DNA of 64,000 nucleotides from a virus (IMGVR_UViG_3300019487_000022:25241-89240), one strand, 5' to 3'. Shown: positions 27,764 through 38,809, numbered from the stretch's first letter. Notes: generated by a model not told the origin, from the letters alone. A program made the numbers and translations.

Positions 27764-28648
27764 TTAGCTTGCGCTAACTACTTCGATTTTCGACATACTA
27801 TAGTCATTGACAACTACAATACCGACTTCCTCATAGATTACCCAACCCAAACGTAATTTCTTAGGATCATCGCATGGGATAACGGTGATTTCCTGACGAA
27901 CAGGGAATGCACCGACGTTTTCAGCAGCAGCGAGAACAAGAACGGTGTTCTGTTCCATGCGGCTGGTTACGTGGATATCGGCAGTCCATAAGTGACCGAA
28001 CAACCCAGTTGTGATAACTTCGCGCTGAGAAGCTTCGTCATAGAAGGTCTTACCAAGTACGCGAATTGACGAGTACTGGAGAGCATTCATAACGATCTTA
28101 GCAGCTACTAAGTCGTGCTGTTCAATCAAGCGGAAAGCAGTGTTCAAAGAAGCAACGGAAAGAGTCCCGATGTTCTGAACAATTTGATCTCCACCTTCTT
28201 TGTTATCAGCAGCAGAAATCAAAGCAGCGAAGATATGTGTATCTTCCTCTTTTTGAATAGCTTCTTTAGCTTTTATCTGTGCGCGATCAACGATATAAAA
28301 GCGGTGAGCTTTAATTTCGGATAAGCGAACAGTTGGGTTTGCACCGATTTCAAATGTTGGAACGAGAATTTCTTCTGCTTCAATAATTTGATCAGGTACA
28401 CCACCACGGCGGCTGATAACAGTTGCCTTAGCTGCAACGTCACGTTCGTAACGAGCAGTAGCACCCTGTGGGAGTTCGTCAACCATCAAGAGCTTGCGAC
28501 CGACAGCTTGATACTCAAGAGATCGGCGAATAGGCTCTACCATTGCCTGAGCAAGAGCAGTACGACCTTCTGGAGTTTCCATAGCCTGAGCTATAATCCA
28601 TTTGCGCTGTTCTTGTGTTAAACCATTTTTTACCATTGCCATTGTCAT
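27764..28648 (-). CDS. Major capsid protein (HK97-like fold)
   Basis: 294 aa at the end of the head operon after the protease and decoration genes; strong TAAGGAG RBS with an upstream hairpin; terminal LGWVIYEEVGIVV typical of HK97-type MCPs. Confidence 0.85.
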   Translation of the reverse strand: MTMAMVKNGLTQEQRKWIIAQAMETPEGRTALAQAMVEPIRRSLEYQAVGRKLLMVDELPQGATARYERDVAAKATVISRRGGVPDQIIEAEEILVPTFEIGANPTVRLSEIKAHRFYIVDRAQIKAKEAIQKEEDTHIFAALISAADNKEGGDQIVQNIGTLSVASLNTAFRLIEQHDLVAAKIVMNALQYSSIRVLGKTFYDEASQREVITTGLFGHLWTADIHVTSRMEQNTVLVLAAAENVGAFPVRQEITVIPCDDPKKLRLGWVIYEEVGIVVVNDYSMSKIEVVSAS

Positions 28649-28731
28649 TTTCTCCTTAAGACTTCGCTAACGGCAAAGCCTTAAAATTGTTAATTTGTTA
28701 AAATTCTTGTTAATTAATCTAATAACTACGA

Positions 28732-29301
28732 TTAGACCTTGAGCAAGAACTGAATGTAAGTACCCCAAGACATATCGCCTTCAGGCGTATCTGTACCTGG
28801 AACACCGCTTCCGTATTCGCGAGGAGCTACGGTGCAAACACCGACTACCTGGCTGTTTGAGGAAGATACGTTTGTCAACTTACCGTTGGCAGATACGTAA
28901 AGTGCCTGACCTGGGACGTAAGTAATTGGAGAACCAAGATTTACTGTCTCAAAAATGTCAGTTTCATACTTACCGCCAGCATTGTAGACAGTAAGTTTAC
29001 CCGATGCTGCAGTCTCATCGTGGTTAGGATCGCTTACGCGAATAGAAGTATTGACCTTCTTACCACTTGAAGAGATTACAAGACCTTCTTGGGTGTGGGT
29101 GTTGTTTTCGTTGTCAGCAGTAGATTCAACAGTAGAATCGCCTGCAACACCGATAGCAAGTGTACCGCTTGCACCAGTAGCCTTAACAGCTTGTCCTGAG
29201 CTGTTAAGCATAACAAACATACCTTCAATGATGCTTGGGTTTGTGTGTGGAGATACCGGATACATATCAGGTACTACATGGTATTGTTCAATAAGAGCCA
29301 T
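28732..29301 (-). CDS. Head decoration/cement-like protein
   Basis: Gly/Thr-rich beta pattern (GMFVML...AIGVAGD...SGKLTVY...LYVSANGKLT) immediately upstream of the MCP. Confidence 0.7.
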   Translation of the reverse strand: MALIEQYHVVPDMYPVSPHTNPSIIEGMFVMLNSSGQAVKATGASGTLAIGVAGDSTVESTADNENNTHTQEGLVISSSGKKVNTSIRVSDPNHDETAASGKLTVYNAGGKYETDIFETVNLGSPITYVPGQALYVSANGKLTNVSSSNSQVVGVCTVAPREYGSGVPGTDTPEGDMSWGTYIQFLLKV

Positions 29302-29332
29302 TGTATTTTATTCCTTTTCTTTATCGCTTTTA

Positions 29333-32300
29333 TTAGATGCGATTAAAACTAGATAACAATCCAAAATCTTTGTTCTTAGCTGTTTCCTGGTTCATTTCGT
29401 CCATTTTAAACAAGCTTTGAATCTGATTTACTAACTGTTCATCAATGCTTGACTTCTTCATTGATGAAGCTTCGTTAATAATTAGGGGCTTTTGAAGTCC
29501 CTCTGACACCGAACGGAGTCCTTTGTTCTTCGAAACAACTTGAGCAAAAACTGCTTTTTCGTAGTCTCGAATTTGATCAGGCTGATATTGAGCAAGTTGC
29601 GAGATCTTGTTTTCGAGTTGTGTTTCCTCGATAACTCCCGCTTTGAGAAGTCTTGCCGCTACGCGGAATGCTTCCTTATTTCTTGCTGCCTTGGATTCCT
29701 CATTGCTTTTCGCAATGACAGTGCCTTTAATATCTGTTTGCTTTTCTGGGTTTAATTCAGCATCGCCTTCATGACCCATTAAAGCGCCGGATGTACCACC
29801 TTCTGGGACATCAGGATGATCTTTTGGTGACTTTGGTACGCTACCCAAAGTATCAGCTTCATGACCCATCATTGAGCCATTTCCAGTATCTTCTGTATTG
29901 TTTGGCTTTTTGGCAGAAAAAGGTTCTTCATGCCCTAAAGCTTTTCCATTGCTGTGTGGATTAAGATCTTCATCTTCGCTTACAGCCTTTGGAGCTTGCA
30001 ATTTAGTTGCAAGTCTTTCAAACAACGCATCTTCTCTATCTTTTGAATTTCCAACAGATCCTCTCATGGATCTGAGTTCAGTTTCAAGTTCAGCAGTAAT
30101 AATTTCCCCATCTTCAGATGCCTTTACTTCTGTTTGTCCAGCACCTGGGGAACCACCGCCAATTCCTACACCACCTGTAAATCTTACGTCTCCACCGCTA
30201 AGTCCAACTTCGCTTTCATGTCCCAAAGTTCCTTTATCTGATGGAATCTGTGGAAGATTTTCTTCCTTATTAATATTCTCATTCTCATGACCCATACGAG
30301 CGTCAGAGCGAGGAACAGAAGGAAGAGATGCATCAGGAATAGTTTCTGATTCATGTCCCATTTCTCCTACTGTCTTTCCATTTTGAGGATCTCCAGCGGA
30401 GAAAGGACCAATATCTTTAGAATCCTGTACTTTTTCTTGTTGAATTTCTTTTTCGCCAGCAACCTTAAGACCAAGCTTAGCTGCTAATGCGTTGTAATCC
30501 AAACCATTCATCTTTTCTACTCCACCAACTGAAGATCTCATATAAGAAGCTTCATTGATGCTGTATTCTCCGTTTGCTACTTTTTCGGCTTGTCCATTAG
30601 CCATTACAGGATTTCCTTCTTTGAAGTTATTTATTTCACCCGGACCTTGCTGGAATCCTTCTTGTTTTTTGTGATTTTGCACATTATTTTGTTGTGCGTT
30701 ACCATTTGAACAAGGTTTTGCTTCATTCATAGCTGCATTTGCACATGGTTTTGAAGTTTCAAGACCAAGTTCTGCAGGACCACCAACTTCTTGTACGAGA
30801 TCATTTTCGCTCAACATTCCAGCACCATCTGGTTGTGCAGTTTCAACGCCTGGAAGTGGGTTATTTGTATCTCCAGCATTTGCATCATCGGCTGGATTAG
30901 ATCCAAGTTGAGCATCCAATTTAGCGTCTAACTCTTTTGCAACTTCTAGTGGCAACTCAAGAGTTACAACTTGATTATCTTCTACAGAGTTTTCATCAAA
31001 AGGATTAAAATCATCATCTCTTGTTTCATCGATATCGGTTGGAGGACCATCATTGTTTCCACCGTTGTCATCTCCACCATTACCGTTGTCGCCTGGATTG
31101 TCATTTCCTAAATCATCAGCAAACATTTCTTCATCGCTTGCAAGTGATGTCTTCAAAGCAGAACAAGTAATTGCTGCTTGGCGAAGAGATAGATTATTCT
31201 TAACTAAATAAACTACGCAGTCTTCTGTCCCATCAACATCCGACCAGGTTTCAGCAACTTTAAGTGCAATATTGTCTGTATAAACTTGAGCTTTCTTGAG
31301 CGAGTTACAGACGCAATCATAAATTGGTTTGCCTTCGCAAGGTCCGCTGAGAGCGAGAGCATTCTTTCCATAGCGACGTGCTAATTTTTCGCGACAGCTT
31401 TCAATTGGGAATTTTTCGCCATAAGCAGAAGCATAAGTTTTCTTATAATCTGCTAAAACGCTTCCTTCTTTAACTGAAACGCTAGTTGATGCAAACTCTT
31501 TAATCTTTGCAAGAACCTTCGTCTTCTGACCTGGTGTCATGAGATCAAATTGATCTTCTGTAATACCAGCGTTTTTAAGAACTTTTATTAATTCATTTCT
31601 TGCTCTTCGGCATGATGGACAAACATTCTGATTAACAGGTGGAGTCCATGTCCAGCGAGCATAAGGAGTAATAGGAGCGTCTTTAGATGCACTCTTAGCA
31701 GCTCTGAATTCGACTTCATATGGACGACCTGTATCTAAACATACCCATTTATTGTCACCAAGGCTCATTGTATTGCGAGATCCAGTAATTGGACTTACGC
31801 TACCCAATTCAATCTTGGCTTCAGCAAGTTTAGTAAGAACACCCTTATCAAGACGCATTGTTGCGGCTACTGGAAGTTCAGGGGCTTGTCCAGTATCATC
31901 GGTTGGAAGTTCAAAACCTTCTCCACCGAATTCATCTTCAACTTGACCACCATCTTTTTCGCCGCCAAAAATACCTGGCTGTTCTGTAATAATATTATGA
32001 ATTTCAGTATAGAATTTTGTACCGCAATTATTACATTTGCTTTCTTTACCTACAGCATCAACATTAGCGCTACCGCAGCCTGGACATACCGCACCAGGTG
32101 GTTTTGCCTTCTTTTCACCCTCTTCTTCAGGTTGCTCAGAAGGATCTGTTCCATCCTGAGAGAAGGTTTCAACTGGCTGTTGTTCTTGTCCTGGTGGTTG
32201 TGGAACAGTAGCGCCAGCGCCTGGGGCTTGTGCAGCACCGCCTTGACCGCCCATTTCACCGCCAAGCATTTGAGCTTGTTTTTCAATTTCGTGACGTGCA

Positions 32301-35300
32301 GCAGCGCGTTTAGTTACATTTGTTGAAGCAGAAACCGGAGCATTAGCTGGTTGAGATGTAGCAGGTGCCTGAGCAGGACCGCCCATCATAGGCTTATCTT
32401 CTTCTACACTATTATCAGTAGAATTATCTGGTGATTCTGATACATCAGAAACCTCTAATGGATCACCACCGCATGTGTCAGTGCCACCGGGCCCATTAAG
32501 CGCACCGTCAATGTTTTCGATGTTTTCTCCAAGATCTCCATCTCCAACAAATTCAACATCAACGTCTGCTGCACCGCCATTCATTTTTGCAGCAACATCT
32601 TCTAAAGCGTCAATTAACATTCTTACAAGTCCAGCATCTTGTGCTACCTTGATGGATTTGATTTGAATATTTTCTGATTCTATCTTGGATGAAGCAAATT
32701 TTTTGCATGCCTTATTAAATGCTACCTTATCTTTTGGATCGGCACCAATTTCTGATACTGTGGCACGAATATCATATCCATCCATACCTTGGATAGCATC
32801 ATTAAGAGCAGCAAATTTATCAAATTCATCTTCAATTTTATCTACAGAAGCGAGTTTAGATGCAACTATCTTGTTAACTTTATCCATTGCTGGCTTCTGT
32901 TTCAATGAATAAAGCATTGTTTCAAATACATCTTCTGCCTTTGTTCCTGCAATAGCATTTTCTGCTACCGCAACAATTACTGCATCAAGAGTGCTTGTTT
33001 TGATTTCATTACCGGCAACTTTGTTAAAGTAATTTACGCTGTTCATTAAAGCCTTGCGCTCTTCATTTTTATGAGGCAAAGAGTTAAGAACAGTAATAAA
33101 TGCTACTTTATTTAATTCAGTCGGGTTATTTAAAACAGAAGATAATACTCTCTTGATATCTTCTGGGGTTTTCTTAAATGATGCAATAGCATCAGATATA
33201 GCATTGACTGCAATTTTGGTTAGTTGAGAAACATAAGATTTGGAAGCCCAACGTTTGATACCAGAGTCCTGGTTCTTTAACTGATCTTCAGTAATTGTTT
33301 CATATGTTCCAACAAAACGATGATCTTTCAAGAGTTTACGAAGTTGATCTTGAGTAATTGTTTCTGTCCAATCATCAGGAAGTTTAGCAGAAACCAAGTT
33401 GCTCATGTCAGTCCATTGTTTTTCAGTGATAACTTCTGGAGCATCGTTTGTACGAAGAATATAACCACTGGTAACTTTTGCCAACTGATCTTCAGTGATT
33501 GTTTCGTAGGTTCCAAGTCTCTTTTGTGGAGATTCAGAAGTTGTGTCATTGCTCTTATCATCTGATCTTCCAAGTTGTTCTTTGGATTCAGTTGTTTGCT
33601 CATAGGTTTCATTCCAACGAGGGTGAAGAGCAGGTGGATTTTTGGATAATTGTTTTTCTGTAATAACTTCCTGCTGGCTTGCATTGCCCTCTGTTTGAGC
33701 AGTTTTATTGGTTGGGGTAGACATTTTACTTTCTGACTCCTTAATATTTTGTAAATAATTTTCTAAATAATTCTCTGCAGCTTTGCGAATATCAGTTTCC
33801 GCTAGCTTAGCGATGTTATCTGGCAAATTAGCAGCAGTTTTGACTTCCAATATTGAACTACCTTTTGCCAATGCAAACATCTTGTTATTGCTACTTACTA
33901 GGACATGGTGAGAATTAACATCATCCTCATTTTCCCACACATTAACATTTTGAAAACTTACTATATTTGAATTAGTGTCGCTTTCAATTCTAAAATCATC
34001 GCTCACGTCGCTACTCCTAGTTAAGTTATCTATCTGTTCAATCAAGTTTTTAGCGATAATTAACCTCTTGATAAGATTATCTGCACTTTTTATAGATTCC
34101 TTCTTATTTTTACCTAAATCAGAAGACTGTTTCGGTAAAGTTATAGATCCTAAACCATCTGGTAATTCAGTTCTTGCTTCTTGTGAACTAGAAGCGTTAT
34201 TTTGTGGTGCTGGTTTTGGAGCAGGTGCTTTTGCTTGTTGTGATTGCTGCGGTTCTGCAGGTTGAACAGCACCAGTTCTGGCTAATTCTGCTTGAGGTGT
34301 AGATTGAAGTTGAGCGTAACCCATCTCATTTAATTCGTCATAAGTGTCTTGTAATTTTGACATTGCCTCAATAATTTGACCTATATATTCAGGATCTATA
34401 TGTTCTCTTTGTGATAACATACTTCTAGTAACATTCTCTAAACTCTTCATTGAGTCTTTGAGCATATCTAATTCTATTTGTCCTGCTATTTTTACTTCTT
34501 CAACGGATGCAGTTTTGATAGGCATAGATAGTTTTCCATCTGAAGCTGCCTTATCGAACATTCTTGGATTTTTTGCATGAATGAAACCAAGATCTGCAAT
34601 TTGTTTTTTAAGTTCTGCAATTTTCTTAGTAACTTCTGGGGCATGCAAAACACAAGTTACACCACATGAATGACATGCAGGATTAACAACAAATGAATTT
34701 TCAATAAACTTAAGATCGTAATTCCATTCAAAGACTTTTTCGCTATCAATTTCATGTTCCTTGGATGAACCCTTTTTGCATCCGCAAACTGGACAATCGC
34801 ATTCAGGCTTGCAATCGCTTTCGTGGAATTTACATGCGTATTTGCCGCTTTTTGTACGATTTTTAGATTCTTTAATGTGAGAACAGAATTCTTCTGCTGT
34901 GCTGGCTTTATTGTGACATATGGAACAGCAGGAATATCCTACTGCACAACCCATACTTGTCCCTGTTGCGTATCCCTCTTCAATACTTCTAGCTAATTTA
35001 GGATATGCAATTTTATCAACTCTAGCTATTAAATTGATACCTTTATCTTCCTTAGAGTACCAGGCATGTACGCATTCGCCTCTTGCATTTTCAATATCAT
35101 CATTCTTGTGATTAGTGAAGATAGGAACACCGATAAAGGTAGAAGCTGCCTTTGCTAATTCTTCTGGGGAAAAACAGTCAGCATTATCGTTTGGTTCATT
35201 TTCTTTTATAGCAAATATTTTTACAAAGAGATCATCGGGGTGTTTTTCAAGTTCTGCTGATAAAACTAATCCGCCTAAATCTTGATCATTTGATTTGCTG

Positions 35301-35416
35301 ATTGATGCTGTTTTTATTATTTTAGGTAGATTAAATATTTCCCAACCTTTAGGAGTATTTAATGGAACCATGCGTAATTTTACATTTTGTGATAAAGCGC
35401 TTTTAGTAAATGCCAT
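29333..35416 (-). CDS. Prohead maturation protease fused to a very long scaffold/core region (2027 aa)
   Basis: N-terminal FIGVPIFTNH...TGTSMGC gives the His/Ser pair of caudoviral prohead proteases. Cys-rich modules, low-complexity linkers and internal repeats follow. It sits between portal and MCP. Confidence 0.75.
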   Translation of the reverse strand: MAFTKSALSQNVKLRMVPLNTPKGWEIFNLPKIIKTASISKSNDQDLGGLVLSAELEKHPDDLFVKIFAIKENEPNDNADCFSPEELAKAASTFIGVPIFTNHKNDDIENARGECVHAWYSKEDKGINLIARVDKIAYPKLARSIEEGYATGTSMGCAVGYSCCSICHNKASTAEEFCSHIKESKNRTKSGKYACKFHESDCKPECDCPVCGCKKGSSKEHEIDSEKVFEWNYDLKFIENSFVVNPACHSCGVTCVLHAPEVTKKIAELKKQIADLGFIHAKNPRMFDKAASDGKLSMPIKTASVEEVKIAGQIELDMLKDSMKSLENVTRSMLSQREHIDPEYIGQIIEAMSKLQDTYDELNEMGYAQLQSTPQAELARTGAVQPAEPQQSQQAKAPAPKPAPQNNASSSQEARTELPDGLGSITLPKQSSDLGKNKKESIKSADNLIKRLIIAKNLIEQIDNLTRSSDVSDDFRIESDTNSNIVSFQNVNVWENEDDVNSHHVLVSSNNKMFALAKGSSILEVKTAANLPDNIAKLAETDIRKAAENYLENYLQNIKESESKMSTPTNKTAQTEGNASQQEVITEKQLSKNPPALHPRWNETYEQTTESKEQLGRSDDKSNDTTSESPQKRLGTYETITEDQLAKVTSGYILRTNDAPEVITEKQWTDMSNLVSAKLPDDWTETITQDQLRKLLKDHRFVGTYETITEDQLKNQDSGIKRWASKSYVSQLTKIAVNAISDAIASFKKTPEDIKRVLSSVLNNPTELNKVAFITVLNSLPHKNEERKALMNSVNYFNKVAGNEIKTSTLDAVIVAVAENAIAGTKAEDVFETMLYSLKQKPAMDKVNKIVASKLASVDKIEDEFDKFAALNDAIQGMDGYDIRATVSEIGADPKDKVAFNKACKKFASSKIESENIQIKSIKVAQDAGLVRMLIDALEDVAAKMNGGAADVDVEFVGDGDLGENIENIDGALNGPGGTDTCGGDPLEVSDVSESPDNSTDNSVEEDKPMMGGPAQAPATSQPANAPVSASTNVTKRAAARHEIEKQAQMLGGEMGGQGGAAQAPGAGATVPQPPGQEQQPVETFSQDGTDPSEQPEEEGEKKAKPPGAVCPGCGSANVDAVGKESKCNNCGTKFYTEIHNIITEQPGIFGGEKDGGQVEDEFGGEGFELPTDDTGQAPELPVAATMRLDKGVLTKLAEAKIELGSVSPITGSRNTMSLGDNKWVCLDTGRPYEVEFRAAKSASKDAPITPYARWTWTPPVNQNVCPSCRRARNELIKVLKNAGITEDQFDLMTPGQKTKVLAKIKEFASTSVSVKEGSVLADYKKTYASAYGEKFPIESCREKLARRYGKNALALSGPCEGKPIYDCVCNSLKKAQVYTDNIALKVAETWSDVDGTEDCVVYLVKNNLSLRQAAITCSALKTSLASDEEMFADDLGNDNPGDNGNGGDDNGGNNDGPPTDIDETRDDDFNPFDENSVEDNQVVTLELPLEVAKELDAKLDAQLGSNPADDANAGDTNNPLPGVETAQPDGAGMLSENDLVQEVGGPAELGLETSKPCANAAMNEAKPCSNGNAQQNNVQNHKKQEGFQQGPGEINNFKEGNPVMANGQAEKVANGEYSINEASYMRSSVGGVEKMNGLDYNALAAKLGLKVAGEKEIQQEKVQDSKDIGPFSAGDPQNGKTVGEMGHESETIPDASLPSVPRSDARMGHENENINKEENLPQIPSDKGTLGHESEVGLSGGDVRFTGGVGIGGGSPGAGQTEVKASEDGEIITAELETELRSMRGSVGNSKDREDALFERLATKLQAPKAVSEDEDLNPHSNGKALGHEEPFSAKKPNNTEDTGNGSMMGHEADTLGSVPKSPKDHPDVPEGGTSGALMGHEGDAELNPEKQTDIKGTVIAKSNEESKAARNKEAFRVAARLLKAGVIEETQLENKISQLAQYQPDQIRDYEKAVFAQVVSKNKGLRSVSEGLQKPLIINEASSMKKSSIDEQLVNQIQSLFKMDEMNQETAKNKDFGLLSSFNRI

Positions 35417-35483
35417 TTCTTATCTCTATAAATATGTTATATTCCATTACTTATACAATGCTTTACAGTAAAAATCCTTTATA

Positions 35484-35972
35484 TTATCCTTTGACGTGAC
35501 GTGGAATATTTTTATCAGTTAATACACTTTCTGGATAATTCGGAACACCTTGTGGAAAAGATATTCCCCATTTTTCTTGGGCGTGACTAAATGCAGCATG
35601 TGAATTAGAAAAATATTCTCCACTTGGAGAATAAACTAACTTATCAGGATCATCCGGCAATCTTTTAATTCCAGCAAAGAATCTTTTCTTTTGATCGGAT
35701 GTTATAGCAGGACCAACAACAACAAAGTAATCTCCATTTGTTGTATAATCATGACCTTCCCAACGCATATATGCTGCTGGTCCTATCATTTTATCAAAGC
35801 GACGTTTGAGCGAATCAGATTTTTCTCCATATTGCTCTTTCCAGTCTATGCCCCTGTCTTTAATACGTTTTCTTCCACCACTTTTTCCACCTGGACCACT
35901 ACCTGGTTTTGGACCTTTAGGAGGTTCTGGTGCTTTAGAGGATTGTGCTTGCTTTTGGTAATTAAATGCCAT
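35484..35972 (-). CDS. Head-module hypothetical protein
   Basis: 162 aa starting MAFNYQKQAQ. Confidence 0.65.
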   Translation of the reverse strand: MAFNYQKQAQSSKAPEPPKGPKPGSGPGGKSGGRKRIKDRGIDWKEQYGEKSDSLKRRFDKMIGPAAYMRWEGHDYTTNGDYFVVVGPAITSDQKKRFFAGIKRLPDDPDKLVYSPSGEYFSNSHAAFSHAQEKWGISFPQGVPNYPESVLTDKNIPRHVKG

Positions 35973-38241
35973 TAATATATCCTGCTTTAACGATGTATCC
36001 TATTTCATCACTTATATCTTCTATCTCTATTGCTATATCTCCTACTGCCGCTGTTTGTATTGTTTGTTTAATAGAAGCAAATTTAATCATACCACCACTT
36101 TGTTGAGCTGCTTTTTTTAAATCTTTTGCAGCTTCAGCAATTTGTTTTATAATTACATCTCTAACTACTGGTAAATGCTCTTTAATAGCTGTTTCGCTAA
36201 ACCTGAGTATTCGCCAACCTACATTGGATAACTTTTGATCTCTTTCCTGATCTCTCGCTTTTAATTCTGGACGCTCATGAAATATCTTTCCATCTGCCTC
36301 TATTCCAATTCCTAATTCAGGTAAAGCAAAATCAAGTAAGAAAGGTTGTTTTTGTCCAGGCAAAGAAACAGTATATTGACCATAAATTCTATATGGTAAA
36401 TTAAGATTTTTTAATTCGCTATATATACTAGCTTCTAATGAAGTTAATTTAAGAGGCTTCATTGGCACAGGTTCTGGCTCTTCTTTTTTGCCGCCTTTAC
36501 CTCTCTTCATTATTTTTGGAGGTGCTGAAGCTTGCGCTCCGCCTGGAGGACCGCCCATAGGCATCATACCTGGAGGCATTGGTGGAGCTCCGCCCGGAGG
36601 AGCGCCTGGTGGTGCGCCCGGTGGAGCTGCACCATCTGGACTACCCATTGGACCGCCGGGAGGTGCCCCGCCCCCGCCCATTGGTGGTGGACCACCCATT
36701 GGACCGCCTGGTCCACCTTGTTGACCACCCATAATTAATCCTGCAGCATTAGCGATCAATTCTTCTTGGCGGCGTTTTTCTATTTCTGCATCGTATTCGT
36801 ATCCTAATTCTGATACGATTGTTTGCATTGCTATACCGCCTTTATCATATACAGCAAGCATGCTTTGAATCTTATTAGAATTATCACGAAGATTCATGTC
36901 ATTCCATTTAATCTTCGGATATACATAAAATTTTCTATTGTACTTTTCTGATTTTTCGTTGTCTATAAATCCTTGCATTTCTGCTATAGGCAAAAATACA
37001 TGTCTTTCCACCCAATTTTTTAATTTTGTACGCCATTGTTCTAAACGACGTATCATAATTTCAATACCAACTTGAGCTGAATTGTATCCAGCCATTTCTC
37101 CATTAAGAATAGCTTGATTTAACATCAAACCATCTAATATTTCTTTACCTATCAATTCCATTTCTGTATTGAGCTGTACAATTTTACCATTTGCACCATA
37201 CCATTCATATTTAAAAGCATGGTGAGTAACAATAGTTAAATTAGGATCGTTTGCTACTTGTCCAATTAAATTCACAACATCTTGAATATCATCTTCTACT
37301 GCAGGACGATCTTTATCTCCTATCATAATAACCCTGATTGGTAAGATCATTCTTTCAGCCACGATCCAATTCGCCGTCATTATTTTTGTTTTATAGCTTA
37401 AAATCGTAAACAATCTACGCAACATAGATGTACCATAAGTAGCATACCCAGATGCATTATGTTTTATATGACTTATAGATCTACTTGAAAGAGGTATTGG
37501 ATGACCGGCTTCAACTAATTCTACTAACCAATCTGGTAAAGATTCATAAATTTGTTTAGGTTGTTTGCGCTGAATAACGAGCTTTAATTCTTCATCAGGA
37601 AGTAACGCAATTACTTTTTCTTTTGAAAGCACATTGTCTTGCACTTCGATGTAATCAGGATTCATTACTCTGATAGATTCAATTATTCCACCAGGATGAT
37701 TACATTGCTCTCCTGTATCGGGATCAATTTGTGATCCATTGCATTGAGGACAAGTAATTTCGGCAAATGGAAAAACATCACCCAGCAAAAAATAATCATG
37801 ACTGATATAACTAAACCATTCATTTAGTTCTAAGTCTTCTACTATTTGCTCATAATATTCAAGTATCTTTGCGTTCGGGCATTCGAGTTTAAAACCATTC
37901 ATAGGGAAGTTAGTGTAAAATTCAACACCAGCTGCTACTTTAGGTTCATTTTCATAAAAGAATCTTGCCCATTGATAAACTTCTCTTCTTTTAGATGCTA
38001 CTTGCCAGTTTTGTGGAGTATGTAATGGAGAAAAGAACATCGGCTGTGTAAATAATACACGAGCATCGTTTCCTAGAAATTGAGAGTTTTTAGTAATAGG
38101 AACTTGGGAAAGCCCACTTTTCGTGAAACGAGGTTTATTTTTTCCCCCAGAAGTAGGAGCGGAAAGTGATCCTATAGATGCAACTCGTTTCTGTAATTGT
38201 TGCTCCCGCCTATTCGGAATTTTTAACTGCATTATTGCCAT
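35962..38241 (-). CDS. Portal protein with a Pro/Gly/Met-rich linker and C-terminal DUF559 (Vsr-like) nuclease domain
   Basis: Portal-like body (WARFFYENEP, YGTSMLRRLF, ERMILPIRVIMIG) in the expected position. C-terminus LDFALPELGIGIEADGKIFH...RDQKL...GWRILRFSE matches DUF559. Confidence 0.75.
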   Translation of the reverse strand: MAIMQLKIPNRREQQLQKRVASIGSLSAPTSGGKNKPRFTKSGLSQVPITKNSQFLGNDARVLFTQPMFFSPLHTPQNWQVASKRREVYQWARFFYENEPKVAAGVEFYTNFPMNGFKLECPNAKILEYYEQIVEDLELNEWFSYISHDYFLLGDVFPFAEITCPQCNGSQIDPDTGEQCNHPGGIIESIRVMNPDYIEVQDNVLSKEKVIALLPDEELKLVIQRKQPKQIYESLPDWLVELVEAGHPIPLSSRSISHIKHNASGYATYGTSMLRRLFTILSYKTKIMTANWIVAERMILPIRVIMIGDKDRPAVEDDIQDVVNLIGQVANDPNLTIVTHHAFKYEWYGANGKIVQLNTEMELIGKEILDGLMLNQAILNGEMAGYNSAQVGIEIMIRRLEQWRTKLKNWVERHVFLPIAEMQGFIDNEKSEKYNRKFYVYPKIKWNDMNLRDNSNKIQSMLAVYDKGGIAMQTIVSELGYEYDAEIEKRRQEELIANAAGLIMGGQQGGPGGPMGGPPPMGGGGAPPGGPMGSPDGAAPPGAPPGAPPGGAPPMPPGMMPMGGPPGGAQASAPPKIMKRGKGGKKEEPEPVPMKPLKLTSLEASIYSELKNLNLPYRIYGQYTVSLPGQKQPFLLDFALPELGIGIEADGKIFHERPELKARDQERDQKLSNVGWRILRFSETAIKEHLPVVRDVIIKQIAEAAKDLKKAAQQSGGMIKFASIKQTIQTAAVGDIAIEIEDISDEIGYIVKAGYINGI

Positions 38242-38248
38242 TTATACA

Positions 38249-38809
38249 TTATCCATCTATTGCCAAATCTGTACATGATTTTGTTATTTCATCGACTTTT
38301 TTTCTATATAAACTATTTGCATCATTAGGATCTACTAACTGCTTAAATTCCTTTCCTGTTAATGTATCAGTTGTGGTTGGAAAATTCTGAGATTTAGGAA
38401 AATGTCTTTTACGTATTTTCTTTTTCTCTAATAAACCTATATCCATGTTTTCTAAACTAGCTACAGTAAATCTTCCTGTCTTAGAATCAAAATAGGTATT
38501 AGACAACAAGACATTCTTTGTCGGATCTATTTCTTTTGGTTTAGATGGATCAGGCTGTCTGAGTTGGAGTTGTCCTGTTTCAGATAAATTAGAATTTAAA
38601 GGAAATCCACAATTGTGGCAAGATGTTTCCTGAGCATTAACCCTGCTATTACACTTTGGGCATACATGCTTAGTATCTAATGGTTTTTGTGGTTTTTCTC
38701 CAAATGGAGCGAGAGGCTTTAAACCGCCATTTTCAGGTGGGCGACCTTCATTAAGCCAAGCAGTTTTTAACGCTTGAAAGGTTCTACCTTGAGACGCTGT
38801 TTTTTTTTT
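38249..38809 (-). CDS. Zn-ribbon C-terminal extension of the 38767-40299 protein, reached by a -1 shift at an A10 run
   Basis: Open frame of 186 codons bounded upstream by TAA at 38813-15, with no ATG/GTG/TTG for ~100 codons; reads KKKTASQG...CPKC...CHNC. Confidence 0.65.
   Translation of the reverse strand, partial: KKKTASQGRTFQALKTAWLNEGRPPENGGLKPLAPFGEKPQKPLDTKHVCPKCNSRVNAQETSCHNCGFPLNSNLSETGQLQLRQPDPSKPKEIDPTKNVLLSNTYFDSKTGRFTVASLENMDIGLLEKKKIRKRHFPKSQNFPTTTDTLTGKEFKQLVDPNDANSLYRKKVDEITKSCTDLAIDG

Noticed and set aside
28687-28713. Three TTGTTAA repeats upstream of the MCP gene
   Set aside because: Irregular spacing in AT-rich sequence; adequately explained as an A/U-rich translational enhancer region.
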